Positions 7,919 to 10,317 of a stretch of 10,317 bases of DNA are shown piece after piece; the first letter of the stretch is position 1; the number at the start of each line of letters is the position of its first letter. The notes below the pieces were generated by a model. The model saw only the letters and a program-made list of their open reading frames with translations, was not told where the DNA came from and did not search any database. The stretch lies in contig MTSL01000027.1 in NCBI GenBank assembly GCA_002794465.1, forward strand, positions 1-10,317, written 5' to 3'. The DNA is from Paramicrosporidium saccamoebae KSL3. Taxonomy: Eukaryota; Fungi; Cryptomycota. The position numbers and the translations under genes were made by a program.

Positions 7919-7967
7919 AAGTATGTGTATTGACGTATCAGGAACGAAATAAAATTATTAAATGTTT

Positions 7968-8483
7968 ATGCTTCGGAGGTTTACTGGCCCAATGTGGTCG
8001 ACGGGCCGTTCCATCAGTTCAATGTGGTCAAAGGGGCGATGCATGCAGAGCACCGACCGTCCGGAACTTCGAGCTCGCACAATTGAGTGTATCGAATCTG
8101 TCCTGTCCAAACCAACAGCCGTAGCCAAGACTAAACGCAGCACACCGCTGCCCTGTAGTCTAAATGTCCTCATCCGTGGCCTCTCCATCCCCCTTCTTGA
8201 CGCCTATCTACGATTTTGTCTTTCCGCAGCACATTCCCTCTCCAGTCCCACGCGACACGGCGCACTGCCCACACGTATCCAGCGCTGGTCTGTTCTTAGC
8301 AGTCCGCATGTGCACAAGACGGCGTGGACGCAACTGGAGCGAAGAGTGCATAGGAGGGTTTTCGGAGTGTATGGGATGCATGAAGAGGTAATCCCCAAGT
8401 TTATTTGGTATGTGGAGAGACATGCCCCACCGGATATGAAGTTGGAATTTTCCATTCACGACTATGTTAAGCCAGAGCAATAA
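7968..8483 (+). CDS. MRPS10: Mitochondrial ribosomal protein S10 (uS10m, Rsm10)
   Basis: Presequence MLRRFTGPMWSTGRSISS (an alternative ATG lies at 7962). S10 core: LLDAYLRFCLSAAHSL...GALPTRIQRWSVLSSPHVHKTAWTQLERRVHRR...KFIWYVERHAPP. Confidence 0.9.
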   Translation: MLRRFTGPMWSTGRSISSMWSKGRCMQSTDRPELRARTIECIESVLSKPTAVAKTKRSTPLPCSLNVLIRGLSIPLLDAYLRFCLSAAHSLSSPTRHGALPTRIQRWSVLSSPHVHKTAWTQLERRVHRRVFGVYGMHEEVIPKFIWYVERHAPPDMKLEFSIHDYVKPEQ

Positions 8484-8499
8484 ATATCTACGGTTAGGC

Positions 8500-9486
8500 A
8501 TGGTCTATATAGCGAGATTTGTGACAAAAACTGCTGAGATTACAGGCCGAATTGTCGTAGCCATTGGCCAGCAACTTGTTGCACCAATTGTACTTTCAAT
8601 TACCCGATCCATCAGTGGGACCGCTGTCAAAGGAGCCGTGGAGCAAAACTATAATGTGAGGTAGTGAACTGCTTGGCTGAGTGCCGAATGCTGAATTTTG
8701 AGTACTGAATGCTGGGTATCTGCCCAATTTAATATTCCCTCGCTTTACTCGTTATGCCTGTAATGGTTTGTAATCGCAGCAAACCCATGCACCGTACTTG
8801 AAATAAACCTGATACAAATAGTTATATAAATAGTACCGATGCCGTGGGGGCGTGGCTGTATAGTGAGGCGACTGATTGATTATCTAAGAGTATTTACTTC
8901 CCACCGGTGGTCCCAATACATACCCGTCCTGTCAAGGATGGCGTTCGATAGACGCCACCTTCTTTGATAAAGAAATCTTTCGCTTCACTAATCGGTCCTT
9001 TGCCGAAAACCAATCGATCAAGACAGGAGCAGTCGAAGGCGCTTAATTGATGGATAGGATTGTCTTGCTCCTCATTTAGATAATTGCACAAATTGTATTA
9101 AAAAACCTGTCAATGGGACTGTCGAATTAATAATAGAAGAGCTCTCTTCTCGCCTGACAGAGTATATTGGTGCTTGTAAGATCTGATCCATAAAACGTCA
9201 TGTGGGTTGAAAACTCGAGGGTTGCATACTGAATGATGCAACTGAGCAAGCAGGTTTTTGTTCTTCCTTGCGGCGTGGCGGTTCCAACAAAACGTGCCAT
9301 TTTCAATCAATTGAGAGCTCTGCCAAAGTGTCTTGTGGTGGGCCGATCCGCTTCAACAAGGACGGCCGATATTTCATGGAACAAGCATCCATTAATCCTG
9401 TGCTTAGGTTTTCGACACTACGGAACACTGAAGATGGCATCTTCCAATCACGGTCCACAATTTTCGTAAATTGCATTTGTGACTGA
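8500..9486 (+). CDS. Tentative cryptic multi-exon gene (Cys- and N-glycosylation-sequon-rich protein, about 234 aa) or pseudogene
   Basis: A hand-built, phase-consistent model has exons 8500-8655, 8780-8793, 8822-8862, 8889-9031, 9058-9175 and 9254-9486. Introns are 124, 28, 26, 26 and 78 nt, all GT-AG. Two are atypically long for this window, and no homology was recognised. Confidence 0.3.
8676..8717. repeat. Degenerate heptamer tandem repeat, 6 copies, consensus GCTGA(A/G)T
   Basis: gctgagt gccgaat gctgaat tttgagt actgaat gctgggt. Confidence 0.7.
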
Positions 9487-9505
9487 ATTGCAGACTCTCG
9501 CTACA

Positions 9506-10317
9506 ATGAAACGGCTGTTTAGCGCACTGTGTCTTTATGTTTCCATCCAGTCCACACTTAGTGCTTCTTTAAAAGTTCCTACTGAAGCACAGTTGCGCCA
9601 GCGTCTATTTGAGGATCATACTTTGGCTAAATTCAAAAAGATCCTGGAGGTGGCCATTAAGCAAAACTACACAAACCTCCTCAATAGCATTCCTAGCGTG
9701 CCTTATGTGACACCCGAGGAGCATTTGTGCTACTCTATCAAGTGTTTCAAGTCTTATTGGTGTAACACTCCAGATGTGGCCCCAGAACTAGACAAGATGC
9801 AAGACGCTATTCCTTCCATTCTATATGCCGACAACCCCGCAGTGCTTAAATTACTATCACCTGCACTACGCGAAATGGTGCTTGATCCCACCAATTTGGC
9901 TACTTATGATGCTGTGCATCTTGCCCGAAGCCTGGACAATCCAGCCATATTCTTCACCACGGGCGTTGATCTGTGTGAATTTCGCGCTCTGCGAATCATG
10001 AAATATTTGAATGAGGGGAGTACTGTGTTTCAGTACCGCCCGAATTCTGCAGTTACAATGGGAGATATCCGGTACCTTGAACGTCTGATTAGCAAAGGAT
10101 TTTGGGTTCCCAGCATGGAGGACGTCGAAATTGCAATTAGCAATAACGCGCACGATGGCTTGCTGTTTCTTTTAAAAAATTTGAGACAGACGCCTTCCCC
10201 TTCCTCCCTCTACTATCTGATTCAAAATGGCCTTTTAATTTCTCTCGGACGCATACGCTCATGCAGTCTTGGCTGGACGACGAGTCAAGATGAAATTGAC
10301 GAAGCCACCCGATCTGG
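9506..10317 (+). CDS. Secreted hypothetical protein with degenerate ankyrin-like helical repeats; 3' end lies outside the window
   Basis: Stop-free frame from ATG 9506 to the window end (270 codons), missing from the ORF track because it has no stop. Signal-peptide-like start MKRLFSALCLYVSIQSTLSA. Later units of about 28 aa: WVPSMEDVEIAISNNAHDGLLFLLKNLR, QTPSPSSLYYLIQNGLLISLGRIRSCSLG, WTTSQDEIDEA. Confidence 0.8.
   Translation, partial: MKRLFSALCLYVSIQSTLSASLKVPTEAQLRQRLFEDHTLAKFKKILEVAIKQNYTNLLNSIPSVPYVTPEEHLCYSIKCFKSYWCNTPDVAPELDKMQDAIPSILYADNPAVLKLLSPALREMVLDPTNLATYDAVHLARSLDNPAIFFTTGVDLCEFRALRIMKYLNEGSTVFQYRPNSAVTMGDIRYLERLISKGFWVPSMEDVEIAISNNAHDGLLFLLKNLRQTPSPSSLYYLIQNGLLISLGRIRSCSLGWTTSQDEIDEATRS

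Noticed and set aside
8755-8960. SRP RNA-like words (CTGTAATGG, TAGTACCGATG) and small hairpins
   Set aside because: No helix-8 SRP54-binding motif with a GNRA loop was found, and the matches are short enough to be chance.
9184-9210. TGA recoding (Sec or Trp) to read through two in-frame TGA codons
   Set aside because: TGA does not interrupt the frames of any well-supported gene in this window, and no SECIS element was recognised. An intron or pseudogenisation is simpler.
8894-9476. Minus-strand gene built from ORFs 9110..9310 and 8894..9091
   Set aside because: They share a frame but are separated by TGA and TAA, with no phase-compatible short intron to remove them. The plus-strand model is better supported.

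Overview
Gene-dense eukaryotic DNA from a highly compacted genome. Introns are 28-40 nt GT-AG, and several intergenic gaps are only about 20-50 bp. The gene content is opisthokont/fungal-like and includes mitoribosomal genes. By inference this resembles an early-diverging Rozellomycota such as Paramicrosporidium; the lineage is not verified. In order, the window holds: mitochondrial ribosomal protein bL12m (+); a 4-exon Ras GTPase (-); a 2-exon SVIP-like myristoylated micro-protein (+); a 4-exon ~920-aa protein in which a DH-PH (RhoGEF) module appears nested inside a degenerate Rap1GAP-type domain (+); an orphan Ser/Pro/Lys-rich protein with a 39-bp tandem repeat, ten full CDK consensus sites and WH2-like C-terminal motifs (-); a CIP4/TOCA-type F-BAR-HR1-SH3 protein (+); mitochondrial ribosomal protein uS10m (+); a possible cryptic multi-exon glycoprotein gene or pseudogene (+); and a signal-peptide-bearing, ankyrin-like repeat protein that runs off the right edge (+, absent from the ORF track). 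I recognised no rRNA, tRNA, CRISPR array or mobile element. Domain calls come from recalled family motifs, not from database searches.
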